Positions 20,722-29,959 of a DNA stretch of 64,000 bases are shown here, in pieces. This DNA comes from a virus (Duplodnaviria; Caudoviricetes). Positions within the stretch are counted from its first letter, which is position 1; every line of letters starts with the position of its first letter. The position numbers were made by a program, and so were the translations under genes. The stretch lies in IMG/VR virus record IMGVR_UViG_3300047551_002158; one strand, given 5' to 3'. The notes beneath the pieces are model-generated. The model made no database searches. It was not told the DNA's origin and worked only from the letters and a program-made list of their open reading frames with translations.

Positions 20722-20757
20722 AAAAAGAGGTTCGGTTTTGCCGATACCTCTTTTTTT
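20722..20757 (+). terminator. Intrinsic terminator after regA
   Basis: AAAAAGAGGT-TCGG-TTTTG-CCGA-T-ACCTC followed by a T run. Confidence 0.75.
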
Positions 20758-20872
20758 CGTTTCTGGTATAATTATTAATGATGAGGTGAGGTTCTCTGAA
20801 CCCCTCATTCACTAAAGCGGAGTCTTAGGATCCGTAATGTTAAACAACACTCGCTTTTTAAGGAGAACTAAA

Positions 20873-21310
20873 ATGTACACAACTCTTGCAAAGTACAACG
20901 CTGGAAATATTGAAAAGTTTTTAACAGACTTGGAAAAAAATTTTATTGGAGCAGATGAGTGGCTTAGCCGTTTTGGAACGGTACACGAATCTTCTACCAA
21001 TTACCCACCATATAATTTAATTAAGGAAAGTTCGACAGAGTTTACTCTGGAAATTGCTCTTGCTGGATATAAAAGAGAAGATATTGAAGTATCTTCTGAA
21101 TGGAATAAACTTTTTGTAGAGTGTAAGAAAGCACCTACGGAATATGAATATATGCATAATGGGATTGCTCGTAGAGCATTTACTCGCACTTGGACATTAT
21201 CCGATGACGTAGTTGTTGGTGATATTTCTTTTGTTGATGGATTGCTCACTATTAAACTAAATAGAGTTATTCCAGAACATCAAAAGAAAAAGGTATATGA
21301 AATCGTTTGA
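20873..21310 (+). CDS. hsp20: Small heat-shock protein Hsp20
   Basis: NYPPYN; LEIALAGY; GIARRAFTRTW; DGLLTI; AGGAG RBS. Confidence 0.95.
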   Translation: MYTTLAKYNAGNIEKFLTDLEKNFIGADEWLSRFGTVHESSTNYPPYNLIKESSTEFTLEIALAGYKREDIEVSSEWNKLFVECKKAPTEYEYMHNGIARRAFTRTWTLSDDVVVGDISFVDGLLTIKLNRVIPEHQKKKVYEIV

Positions 21311-21461
21311 TGAGTTCAAATCAATCGCATATAAAGGAGCAGCCCCTCATACTGTATATTCCCGAGAAAAATCTAAAAAGATTCCAAAAGGGGAAGCAGT
21401 TCCTGTAAGAAGCCGTTCGAGTGCTGGAGGAAATGGAGATTCTGGTGATGGTGGAGAATAA
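21297..21461 (+). CDS. 54-aa ORF not in the ORF track, overlapping the hsp20 3' end
   Basis: Manual translation MKSFDEFKSIAYKGAAPHTVYSREKSKKIPKGEAVPVRSRSSAGGNGDSGDGGE*. Confidence 0.55.
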   Translation: MKSFDEFKSIAYKGAAPHTVYSREKSKKIPKGEAVPVRSRSSAGGNGDSGDGGE

Positions 21462-21566
21462 ATAATAATTGAACTATCGTCGGTGCTATTCCATAGAGGA
21501 GTCCTGGCAAAATCCAGGTTAACTCCTCATTTTTTATAAATACCAATAAAGAGTAAGAGTGATTAA

Positions 21567-22145
21567 ATGGAATACTATACATATGCTTATTTTGATGAAA
21601 ATAATATTCCTTATTATATTGGTAAAGGAAAAGGTAAAAGAGCTTGGGACAAAAATCACTCTGTTTTGATGCCACCAAATGAAAGAATAGTAATTTTGAA
21701 GAACAATCTTACGGAGGAAGATGCATTTAAGCACGAAATTTATTTAATCGAAATTCTTGGTAGAAAAAGTCAAGGAACTGGTATATTGGAAAATATACAT
21801 AGTGGTGGATGTCAACCCTCTGGATTTATACAGCACTCGGAAGAAACTAAATCTATGATGAGATTGAGAAGACACAGTGAAGAAACAAAGAAAAAAATTG
21901 GAGAATCTTCAAAAGGTCGCCCTTGTAAAGAAGAAGTAAAACAAAAATTATCAAAATTGTGGACCGGAAGAAAATTAACAGAGGATACAAAAAATAAAAT
22001 AAGTAAATCTCATAGGGGTAAAAAATTAAGTGAAGAGACAAAAAGAAGAATGAGTGACGCAAAAAAACAAATGAGTGAAGAGACGAAAAGAAAAATGAGT
22101 GAGAAGGCAAAATTGAGAGAAGCAAAAAAACGAGGAGAAACTTGA
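21567..22145 (+). CDS. Free-standing GIY-YIG-like homing endonuclease with NUMOD3 repeats
   Basis: YTYAYF...YYIGKG; several HSEETK repeats; TATAAATA 21535-21542; paralog of 10781-11344. Confidence 0.87.
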   Translation: MEYYTYAYFDENNIPYYIGKGKGKRAWDKNHSVLMPPNERIVILKNNLTEEDAFKHEIYLIEILGRKSQGTGILENIHSGGCQPSGFIQHSEETKSMMRLRRHSEETKKKIGESSKGRPCKEEVKQKLSKLWTGRKLTEDTKNKISKSHRGKKLSEETKRRMSDAKKQMSEETKRKMSEKAKLREAKKRGET

Positions 22146-22170
22146 CTCCTCCTTTTTTTGTTGCTATAAT
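22142..22170 (+). promoter_or_regulatory. Sigma70-type promoter overlapping a terminator hairpin
   Basis: TTGACT-N17-TATAAT. Confidence 0.8.
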
Positions 22171-22191
22171 ACTTAGAGGTATGGAGTAAAA

Positions 22192-22572
22192 ATGACAGTA
22201 AGACTTTTGCTTTTAAAATCTGGTGAAGATATTATTGCAGATGTAAAAGAAATGGTGGTCGGAGACACTGAAGAATCCCGAAGAGTAGTTGGATATTTTC
22301 TTCATAAACCTTGTGTTGTTAAAATGTCCTCTCCGGCAAATCTTTTTGATGAGAAGACGAAATTAAATACTACTCCTTTTAAAGTTTCTCTTTTTCCTTG
22401 GATGCCATTGTCAAAGGATAAAACAATTCCAGTTTCTGCTGATTGGGTAGTAACTATGGTTACCCCAAGCGATAAATTAAATCAAATGTATAATGAGGAT
22501 GTAATTAATTATGGAAAAGATAATCAAAGTAATAGTGTTAGTCAACAAACAGATTCTAATCAGTCAGATTGA
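22192..22572 (+). CDS. Conserved hypothetical protein upstream of gp43
   Basis: LLLLKSGEDIIADV; FPWMPLS. Confidence 0.75.
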   Translation: MTVRLLLLKSGEDIIADVKEMVVGDTEESRRVVGYFLHKPCVVKMSSPANLFDEKTKLNTTPFKVSLFPWMPLSKDKTIPVSADWVVTMVTPSDKLNQMYNEDVINYGKDNQSNSVSQQTDSNQSD

Positions 22573-22789
22573 TGAAGTTGGTGCCGATATTGGAGAACCT
22601 GATTGCAAATTAATTGATCCATTTCTTATAAAAGAAAATCAAATTTCAGATTTACAAAAAGTTCTTGAGCCTTTCTTGTCTGGATATACAAAACAAAATA
22701 CATTTATGATGAGTTCTGATAAGATTTTAACTCTTGCAGATCCAACACCTACACTACTTGAAAAATATCAGGACCTTATTAAAGAATGA
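22511..22789 (+). CDS. Conserved hypothetical protein upstream of gp43
   Basis: GADIGEPDCKLIDP; KILTLADP. Confidence 0.75.
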   Translation: MEKIIKVIVLVNKQILISQIDEVGADIGEPDCKLIDPFLIKENQISDLQKVLEPFLSGYTKQNTFMMSSDKILTLADPTPTLLEKYQDLIKE

Positions 22790-25281
22790 GATTTTATACT
22801 AATGTTCAGTTGATTGGAAATCAAATTTTAGTTCGTGGAGTTGAGAATGGAAAAAGATTTGAGAACAGAGATGAGTTTTATCCCTCTCTCTTTGTAAAAA
22901 CTAAAAAGGAATCCAAGTATAGAACATTAAGTGGAGAATCTGTAGAACCAATAAAACCAGGAACAATTAAAGATTGTCGTGAGTTTTATAAAAAGTATGA
23001 GAGTGTTGATGGATTTGAGATCTATGGAAATGATCGATATATCTATCAATACATTTCGGAAAACTATCCTGAAGATGAAATCAAGTTTGATATCAGTAAA
23101 ATCAAACTGGTGACTTTGGATATTGAGGTTGCTTCTGAAGGAGGATTCCCTGATGTGGAATCAGCATCGGAAGAAATTCTTTCAATCTCTATTCAAGATT
23201 ATACAACTAAAAAAATCATTACTTGGGGTGTTAAACCATTTAATCACAATCGCAAAGACCTCACATATCATTATTGTCCTTCAGAGTATGAACTTCTAAA
23301 TCACTTCATTAACTATTGGATGTTCAATGTCCCCGATGTAATTACTGGTTGGAACATTCAGATGTATGACGTTCCTTATATTTGTAAGCGTCTGAATCGT
23401 GTTCTTGGTGAAAAACTGATGAAGCGTTTTTCTAACTGGGGTCTTGTTACTGAAGGCGAAATATTCGTCAACGGTCGTAAGCATACCGTATTTGATGTTG
23501 GTGGGTTAACTCAACTTGATTATCTTGATCTTTATAAGAAATTTACTTATAAGGCACAGGAATCTTATCGTCTGGATTATATTGCTGAAGTAGAACTTGG
23601 GCAGAAAAAACTGGATCACTCTGAGTATGATACCTTTAAGGATTTCTATACAAAGGGTTGGCAAAAGTTTATTGAATACAACATCATTGACGTAGAACTT
23701 GTTGACCGCTTGGAAGACAAGATGAAACTCATTGAGTTGGCACTTACTATGGCATATGACGCTAAGGTAAATTATGCAGATGTATTTTATCAAGTTCGTA
23801 TGTGGGATAACATTATCTACACCTATCTGAAGAAAAGAAATATCGTTATTCCTCCAAAGAATAAAACTCAGAAAGATGAGAAGTATGCTGGTGCCTATGT
23901 AAAAGAACCAATTCCTGGAATGTATGACTGGGTAGTGAGCTTTGACCTTAACTCTCTGTATCCTCACTTGATTATGATGTACAACATCTCACCAGAGACT
24001 TTGTTGGAAGAGAAACATCCAACAGTTTCGGTGGACAAAATTCTTAATCAAAGTCTTAATTTTGAGTTATATAAAGACTATGCAGTATGTGCTAATGGAG
24101 CGATGTTCCGAAAAGACGTTCGTGGATTTCTTCCTGAACTAATGGAGAAGATTTACAATGAACGTGTTATCTTTAAGAAGAAGATGCTTGTTGCTGAACA
24201 AGAATATGAGAAGACGAAGAACAAGGAGTTAATCAAAGAGATTGCCAGATGTAATAATATTCAGATGGCACGTAAGATCCAACTGAACTCTGCTTATGGT
24301 GCGATTGGTAATCAGTATTTTCGTTATTACAAACTTGCAAATGCTGAGGCAATTACACTGTCTGGACAAGTTTCGATTCAGTGGATTATGAATAAGGTTA
24401 ATTCTTATCTAAACAAGATTCTAAAAAGTGGAGATGTAGATTATGTTATTGCTTCTGATACTGATTCTTTGTATATCAATATGGGTCCTTTGGTTGAAAA
24501 TGTATTCAAAGGAAGAGAGAAAACTACTGAAAACATTGTGTCTTTCCTTGATAAGGTGTGTCAGGTGGAATTTGAAAAATATATTGAGAGTTCTTACCAA
24601 GAATTGGCTGATTATGTGAATGCTTATGAGCAGAAAATGTATATGAAGCGTGAGTGTGTCGCTGAACGTGGAATTTGGACTGCTAAGAAGCGTTATATTC
24701 TCAGTGTTTGGGACAGTGAAGGTGTTCGATATGAAGAACCCAAACTCAAAATCAAGGGTATTGAAGCAATCAAATCTTCTACTCCAGCACCTTGTCGTAA
24801 GATGTTGAAAGAATCATTTAACATTATGATGAGTGGTTCTGAAGATGATATGATTAACTTCATTGAAAAGTCTAAACAAGAGTTTAAGAAACTTTCTCCG
24901 GAACAAATTGCCTTTCCACGATCTGCTTCTGATGTTCAGAAGTATTCATCTTCTTCGGATGTTTATATTAAAGGAACCCCAATTCACGTTCGTGGAGCAC
25001 TTTTGTTCAATTTTTATATTAAAAAGAATAAACTTACAAACAAATATTCTTTGATTCAAAATGGAGAAAAGATCAAGTTTGTTTACCTCAAAAAACCAAA
25101 TATCATTCACGAAAATGTAATCTCATTTATTCAGGAGTTTCCGAAAGAACTCAATCTTGACAAATACATAGATTATGAACTACAATTTGAGAAAGCATTT
25201 CTAGAGCCACTCAAAATTATTCTTGATACAATTGGGTGGAGCGTAGAAAAAACTGTAAACCTTGATTCATTTTTTGCGTAA
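22786..25281 (+). CDS. gp43: Family B DNA polymerase (T4 gp43)
   Basis: LDIE exonuclease; SFDLNSLYP; KIQLNSAYG; SDTDS; no intein visible. Confidence 0.99.
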   Translation: MRFYTNVQLIGNQILVRGVENGKRFENRDEFYPSLFVKTKKESKYRTLSGESVEPIKPGTIKDCREFYKKYESVDGFEIYGNDRYIYQYISENYPEDEIKFDISKIKLVTLDIEVASEGGFPDVESASEEILSISIQDYTTKKIITWGVKPFNHNRKDLTYHYCPSEYELLNHFINYWMFNVPDVITGWNIQMYDVPYICKRLNRVLGEKLMKRFSNWGLVTEGEIFVNGRKHTVFDVGGLTQLDYLDLYKKFTYKAQESYRLDYIAEVELGQKKLDHSEYDTFKDFYTKGWQKFIEYNIIDVELVDRLEDKMKLIELALTMAYDAKVNYADVFYQVRMWDNIIYTYLKKRNIVIPPKNKTQKDEKYAGAYVKEPIPGMYDWVVSFDLNSLYPHLIMMYNISPETLLEEKHPTVSVDKILNQSLNFELYKDYAVCANGAMFRKDVRGFLPELMEKIYNERVIFKKKMLVAEQEYEKTKNKELIKEIARCNNIQMARKIQLNSAYGAIGNQYFRYYKLANAEAITLSGQVSIQWIMNKVNSYLNKILKSGDVDYVIASDTDSLYINMGPLVENVFKGREKTTENIVSFLDKVCQVEFEKYIESSYQELADYVNAYEQKMYMKRECVAERGIWTAKKRYILSVWDSEGVRYEEPKLKIKGIEAIKSSTPAPCRKMLKESFNIMMSGSEDDMINFIEKSKQEFKKLSPEQIAFPRSASDVQKYSSSSDVYIKGTPIHVRGALLFNFYIKKNKLTNKYSLIQNGEKIKFVYLKKPNIIHENVISFIQEFPKELNLDKYIDYELQFEKAFLEPLKIILDTIGWSVEKTVNLDSFFA

Positions 25282-26288
25282 TGGACTTCCTTAAAGATAT
25301 TGTAAAAGAAATAGGTGATGATTTCACTAAGTTAGCATCTGATATTGAAGAGACTGAAACTTATGTTGACACGGGTTCGTACATTTTTAATGCACTGGTT
25401 TCAGGTAGCATTTTTGGTGGTGTATCTGGGAATAAGATTACTGCTATTGCTGGAGAGTCTAGTACTGGAAAGACTTTCTTCTCTCTCGCTGTGGTTAAGA
25501 ATTTTCTGGATACTCACCCCGATGGTTATTGTCTCTATTTTGATACTGAGGCTGCCATCACTAAATCTCTTCTAGAAAGTCGTGGTGTAGATACTCAACG
25601 TCTTGTGGTTGTTAATGTTGTTACTGTGGAAGAATTTCGCACTAAAGCACTTAAGGCAGTTGACCTTTATATGAAAAAACCTGAAGGTGAACGCAATCCT
25701 TGTATGTTTGTGTTAGACTCTTTGGGAATGCTTTCTACAAGTAAAGAAATCACTGATGCACTGAATGAAAAAGAAGTTAGAGATATGACTAAATCTCAAC
25801 TGATTAAAGGTGCCTTCCGAATGCTCACACTAAAATTAGGTCAAGCAAATGTTCCACTTCTTGTCACAAATCACACATACGATGTCATCGGAGCTTATGT
25901 ACCAACGAAAGAAATGGGTGGAGGTTCTGGACTCAAATACGCAGCCTCTACAATCATTTATCTCAGCAAGAAGAAAGAAAAGGATGGAACGGAAGTGGTC
26001 GGAAATCTTATCAAGGCTAAGACTGCTAAATCGCGTTTGAGTAAGGAAAATAAAGATGTGGAGATTCGTCTTTTTTATGATGAACGTGGTTTAGACAGAT
26101 ATTATGGTCTTCTTGAACTCGGTGAGATTGGTGGTCTGTGGAAGAATGTCGCAGGACGCTATGAGATTGATGGAAAGAAACTCTATGCTAAGCAGATTCT
26201 TAAAGAACCTGAAGTATATTTCACTGAAGAAGTGATGCAACAGTTGGACGAAATCGCACGTAAGGAATTTAGTTATGGAGAAAGTTGA
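25281..26288 (+). CDS. uvsX: RecA-like recombinase UvsX
   Basis: GESSTGKT; FDTE; VLDSLG; MGGGSGLKY. Confidence 0.96.
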   Translation: MDFLKDIVKEIGDDFTKLASDIEETETYVDTGSYIFNALVSGSIFGGVSGNKITAIAGESSTGKTFFSLAVVKNFLDTHPDGYCLYFDTEAAITKSLLESRGVDTQRLVVVNVVTVEEFRTKALKAVDLYMKKPEGERNPCMFVLDSLGMLSTSKEITDALNEKEVRDMTKSQLIKGAFRMLTLKLGQANVPLLVTNHTYDVIGAYVPTKEMGGGSGLKYAASTIIYLSKKKEKDGTEVVGNLIKAKTAKSRLSKENKDVEIRLFYDERGLDRYYGLLELGEIGGLWKNVAGRYEIDGKKLYAKQILKEPEVYFTEEVMQQLDEIARKEFSYGES

Positions 26289-27606
26289 GTTTCTAATTCT
26301 TAGAAACCTGTTGTTTAATGAAGAATATATCCGAAAAGTAATACCTTTTCTAAAGTCTGAATATTTTGAAGACCAAAATCAAAAGATTGTCTTTGAAGAA
26401 ATTCTTGAATTTGTTTCTCACTACAATCAACCAGCAACTAAAGAAGTTCTTTGTATTGAAGTAGAAAAACGTAACGACATTAACGATACTTCTTTTAAAG
26501 AAATTCTTCAGTTGATCTCTTGTCTTGAGGATGTTCCTGTTGAGATGAACTGGTTGATTTCAACAACCGAAAAATGGTGTCGTGATAGAGCAATTTATCT
26601 TGCTCTTATGGAGTCAATTCATATTGCCGATGGTAAAGATGAAAAGAAGAATCGTGATAGTATTCCTTCTATTCTCTCTGATGCTCTTGCTGTAAGTTTT
26701 GATAATCATATTGGACACGATTATCTTGAAGATTATGAACAACGCTATGAGTCTTATCATAAAAAGGAGGATAAAATTGAATTTGATCTTGAGTACTTTA
26801 ACAAAATCACGAAAGGTGGTCTCCCTAACAAAACTCTTAACATCGCTCTTGCTGGTACGGGCGTCGGCAAGTCTTTATTCATGTGCCATGTGGCTAGCTC
26901 CGTCTTGCTCCAAGGACGGAACGTTCTGTACATTACGCTGGAGATGGCAGAAGAACGCATTGCTGAAAGAATTGATGCAAACCTCTTGAACGTCCCTATT
27001 CAGGATATTGTTGATCTTCCCAAGCAGATGTTTGAGAATAAGGTCACAAATCTTGCAAAGAAGACTCAAGGAACTCTTATAATTAAGGAATACCCAACAG
27101 CGTCTGCTCATGCTGGTCACTTTAAGTCACTTCTTAATGAACTTTCACTTAAGAAGTCATTTAGACCTGATATTATTTTTATTGATTACCTTAATATTTG
27201 TGCTTCCAGCAGGTATAAAGGAAACAGCAATATCAATTCATATACATTTGTTAAAGCAATTGCTGAGGAACTTAGGGGGCTCGCAGTTGAGTTTAATGTC
27301 CCAATCGTATCCGCTACTCAGACCACTCGTTCAGGTTATTGCTTGGACTTGAAAACACAAGTTCAAACACAGCAAGGATTGAAAGATATTTCTAACATTC
27401 AAGTTGGGGATTTAGTGCTTTCTAATACTGGTTATAATGAAGTATTGAATGTCTTTCCTAAAACTAAAAAGAAATCTTATAAAATTACTTTGGAGAATGG
27501 TAAAGAAATCATTTGTAGTGAAGAGCATTTGTTCCCAACAGAAAATGGAGAACTGAATATCAAAGGGGGTCTTGAAGAGGGAATGTATCTTTATGTAAAG
27601 GAATAG
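26275..27606 (+). CDS. gp41: gp41 replicative helicase N-fragment (355 aa) fused to split-intein IntN
   Basis: AGTGVGKS; FIDYL; ends ATQTTRSGY followed by intein Cys1. Confidence 0.95.
   Translation: MEKVEFLILRNLLFNEEYIRKVIPFLKSEYFEDQNQKIVFEEILEFVSHYNQPATKEVLCIEVEKRNDINDTSFKEILQLISCLEDVPVEMNWLISTTEKWCRDRAIYLALMESIHIADGKDEKKNRDSIPSILSDALAVSFDNHIGHDYLEDYEQRYESYHKKEDKIEFDLEYFNKITKGGLPNKTLNIALAGTGVGKSLFMCHVASSVLLQGRNVLYITLEMAEERIAERIDANLLNVPIQDIVDLPKQMFENKVTNLAKKTQGTLIIKEYPTASAHAGHFKSLLNELSLKKSFRPDIIFIDYLNICASSRYKGNSNINSYTFVKAIAEELRGLAVEFNVPIVSATQTTRSGYCLDLKTQVQTQQGLKDISNIQVGDLVLSNTGYNEVLNVFPKTKKKSYKITLENGKEIICSEEHLFPTENGELNIKGGLEEGMYLYVKE
27340..27603 (+). mobile_element. Split intein N-half (88 aa), gp41-1 type
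   Basis: CLDLKTQVQTQQGLKDISNIQVGDLVLSNTGYNEV...CSEEHLFPT...YVKE; near-identical to the gp41-1 IntN as I recall it. Confidence 0.95.
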
Positions 27607-27655
27607 TGTGTGTAAGTTATACTTCTTATAAATAATAGTAGTATAACTTACTGAT

Positions 27656-28321
27656 ATGAAAGTAAAGATTTATCTAATTACCAACACAGCAGTCAATCCA
27701 CATATGTATTATGTTGGATTGACTAAAAATGAACTGGATAGAAGATTACAAGAACACATTACTCTTGGAAGGCACGAAGGTAATAAACTTTTGTCTGATG
27801 CTATTATTGAATATGGTAAAAGAAACTTTACTATTGAAGTTATAGAAGAAGTTGATGAGAGTGAAGCAAGAATAAAAGAAGATTATTATATCCGTAAATA
27901 TAAATCTCATTATGTGGATGGGTGTGGATATAATATGAGATATGAAACTTGTAATTATAAAAAACATTATCACGGAGCAAATCAAGAACAGATAGAAGAG
28001 AACATTAAAAATGGAAGAGTGTGGAATTATGGAATAAGTTTTTCTTCACAATCAAAAGAGAAAATGAGAAAAACTAAAAAACATAGATACTCTCTGGGAC
28101 TTTATAAAAAGTTTAATACAAATCACTCACAAGAAACAAAAGAAAAAATTGCTGAAAGTAAAAGAGGACAAAAACTATCACAAGAGCACAGAAAAAATAT
28201 TGCTAAATCTTCTTCTGGTAGAGTTTGGATTTCTAATACTGAATTGAATGAAAGAAAGTTTGTAAAGCAAGATGAGTTGGAAATGTTTTTGGAAAGTGGT
28301 TGGAAGAGAGGTAGGATATAA
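27656..28321 (+). CDS. GIY-YIG homing endonuclease inside the fractured gp41 gene
   Basis: KIYLIT...YYVGLT...RRLQEH; GYN motif; NUMOD3; C-terminal NUMOD1-like tail. Confidence 0.9.
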   Translation: MKVKIYLITNTAVNPHMYYVGLTKNELDRRLQEHITLGRHEGNKLLSDAIIEYGKRNFTIEVIEEVDESEARIKEDYYIRKYKSHYVDGCGYNMRYETCNYKKHYHGANQEQIEENIKNGRVWNYGISFSSQSKEKMRKTKKHRYSLGLYKKFNTNHSQETKEKIAESKRGQKLSQEHRKNIAKSSSGRVWISNTELNERKFVKQDELEMFLESGWKRGRI

Positions 28322-28344
28322 ATACCTAAAAAGTATTATCAAAA

Positions 28345-28803
28345 ATGGACGCACAAGATTTTCGTAGTCTTCAAGAAGCATATATGGAAGTTGTTATGAA
28401 TGAAGCAAAGAAACCTTTTCCATTTGAAAAGGTTTCTAATAAATCAAAGTCCAAAGAAAAACAAAAATTACAATTAAAAAAAGATGTTGAGGGTGGTTTA
28501 ATTTCTCATAAAAGAGCAACTCCATTAATTTCTAAACTTGTTAATCAAAAAGTTAAAATGGGTATGGTTTGGGCAAAAGAAAGAGAAAAGAAAAAAGAAG
28601 ATGATAATTCAAAAAGGTCTTCAACATTCTATAGAAAAGATAAGCATTTATCAAAAATGACTAAAACTCAAAGAGAACAAGTAGATATTTACGACATCAT
28701 CCTTTCACATTTACTTGATGAAGGATATGCTGAAACACCAGAAGCAGCAGAAGCAATTATGGTGAATATGAGTGAAGAGTGGAGACAGAGTATTATTGGT
28801 TGA
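28345..28803 (+). CDS. Constant-ends/variable-core late protein, copy A
   Basis: MDAQDFRSLQEAY...YDIILSHLLDEGYAETPEAAEAIMVNMSEEW; TATAAATA 28317-28324; paralog of 43581-44123. Confidence 0.8.
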   Translation: MDAQDFRSLQEAYMEVVMNEAKKPFPFEKVSNKSKSKEKQKLQLKKDVEGGLISHKRATPLISKLVNQKVKMGMVWAKEREKKKEDDNSKRSSTFYRKDKHLSKMTKTQREQVDIYDIILSHLLDEGYAETPEAAEAIMVNMSEEWRQSIIG

Positions 28804-28836
28804 TTACCAAAATAAAATTCAATCCAACCACTCACC

Positions 28837-28865
28837 TTGATTTTGGTGAGTGGTTTTGTTATAAT
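28837..28865 (+). promoter_or_regulatory. Sigma70-type promoter for the gp41 C-fragment, overlapping a terminator-like hairpin
   Basis: TTGATT-N17-TATAAT; AACCACTCACC/GGTGAGTGGTT inverted repeat. Confidence 0.7.
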
Positions 28866-28884
28866 GTGAGAAGGTAAGAACTCT

Positions 28885-29307
28885 ATGATGCTGAAAAAAA
28901 TTCTAAAAATTGAAGAACTTGATGAAAGAGAAATGATAGATATTGAAGTATCAGGAAATCACTTGTTCTATGCGAATGCTATTCTCACACATAATAGTAG
29001 TTCTGATGTTGAACTTACTGATACTTCTGAATCCTTTGGTCTCCCTGCTACTGCTGATCTTATGTTTGCCCTTATTAGCACTGAAGACTTGGAGGGGCTT
29101 GGTCAGATATTGGTGAAACAACTGAAGAACCGTTATAATGATCCTACCATTCATAAGCGTTTTGTGATTGGTATTGACCGCGCTAAAATGCGTCTTTATG
29201 ATTGCGAACAATCTGCTCAAAATGATATCCTTGACAATGGAAAGGATGAAGAGTATGATTACGAAGAAAAGAAACCTAAAAAATCATTTGAAGGATTTAA
29301 ATTCTAA
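28885..29307 (+). CDS. gp41: Split-intein IntC (37 aa, 28885-28995) fused to the gp41 C-fragment (103 aa)
   Basis: MMLKKILKIEE...LFYANAILTHN then Ser+1 (SSSDV); ESFGLPATAD; KQLKNRY. Confidence 0.95.
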   Translation: MMLKKILKIEELDEREMIDIEVSGNHLFYANAILTHNSSSDVELTDTSESFGLPATADLMFALISTEDLEGLGQILVKQLKNRYNDPTIHKRFVIGIDRAKMRLYDCEQSAQNDILDNGKDEEYDYEEKKPKKSFEGFKF

Positions 29308-29308
29308 T

Positions 29309-29722
29309 ATGACTCAAGTTATTGATACAAACAAATATATTGAATTCGTTCGTCAAACTACAAGTCCTGCGAGCAGTGATTTTGCTCAACTGCTTTCTCG
29401 TCTGACTGAACTTGAAGCAAGTGCTGATGCAGATGTTCCCCGCCTTCTCACTGCTGCTCTTGGTATGAGTGCTGAAGCAGGAGAGTTTACTGAAGTTGTT
29501 AAGAAAATTATTCTTCAGGGCAAACCTTATAATGAAGAGAATGCTTTTCACCTGAAGCGAGAACTTGGAGACATCTGTTGGTATCTGTCTCAAGCATTTA
29601 TGGCACTTGATACTAACTTTGAAGAGATTCTCAAGATGAACTATGAGAAACTGAGTGCTCGTTATCCTGAAGGAACCTTTGATGTTTATCGTTCTGAAAA
29701 TCGTGTGGAGGGAGACCTGTGA
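29309..29722 (+). CDS. mazG: MazG-like nucleotide pyrophosphohydrolase
   Basis: GMSAEAGEF; RELGDICWY; NYEKLSARYP. Confidence 0.92.
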   Translation: MTQVIDTNKYIEFVRQTTSPASSDFAQLLSRLTELEASADADVPRLLTAALGMSAEAGEFTEVVKKIILQGKPYNEENAFHLKRELGDICWYLSQAFMALDTNFEEILKMNYEKLSARYPEGTFDVYRSENRVEGDL

Positions 29723-29904
29723 GTAAAGAAAAACAAGTAACAATTAAAATGGATGCTCGTTCAGCAGCAGCAGTTCGTCAAGTCCTCTTTGATTCTCAAA
29801 AAGGATATACTTATGATGAAGTAAGTGTTCCTCCTCGTATTGCTGATATTCGTGGAGTTATTCAGCAACTTGATGATAGTATTGGTGCTGTTGTTGGTGT
29901 TTGA
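29719..29904 (+). CDS. Small hypothetical protein
   Basis: 61-aa ORF coupled to mazG, followed by a terminator-like hairpin. Confidence 0.65.
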   Translation: MSKEKQVTIKMDARSAAAVRQVLFDSQKGYTYDEVSVPPRIADIRGVIQQLDDSIGAVVGV

Positions 29905-29959
29905 CCCTTCTGGGTCTTTTTTTATAAATAAAATTATTAGAACTTTAAATTTATAAAAA

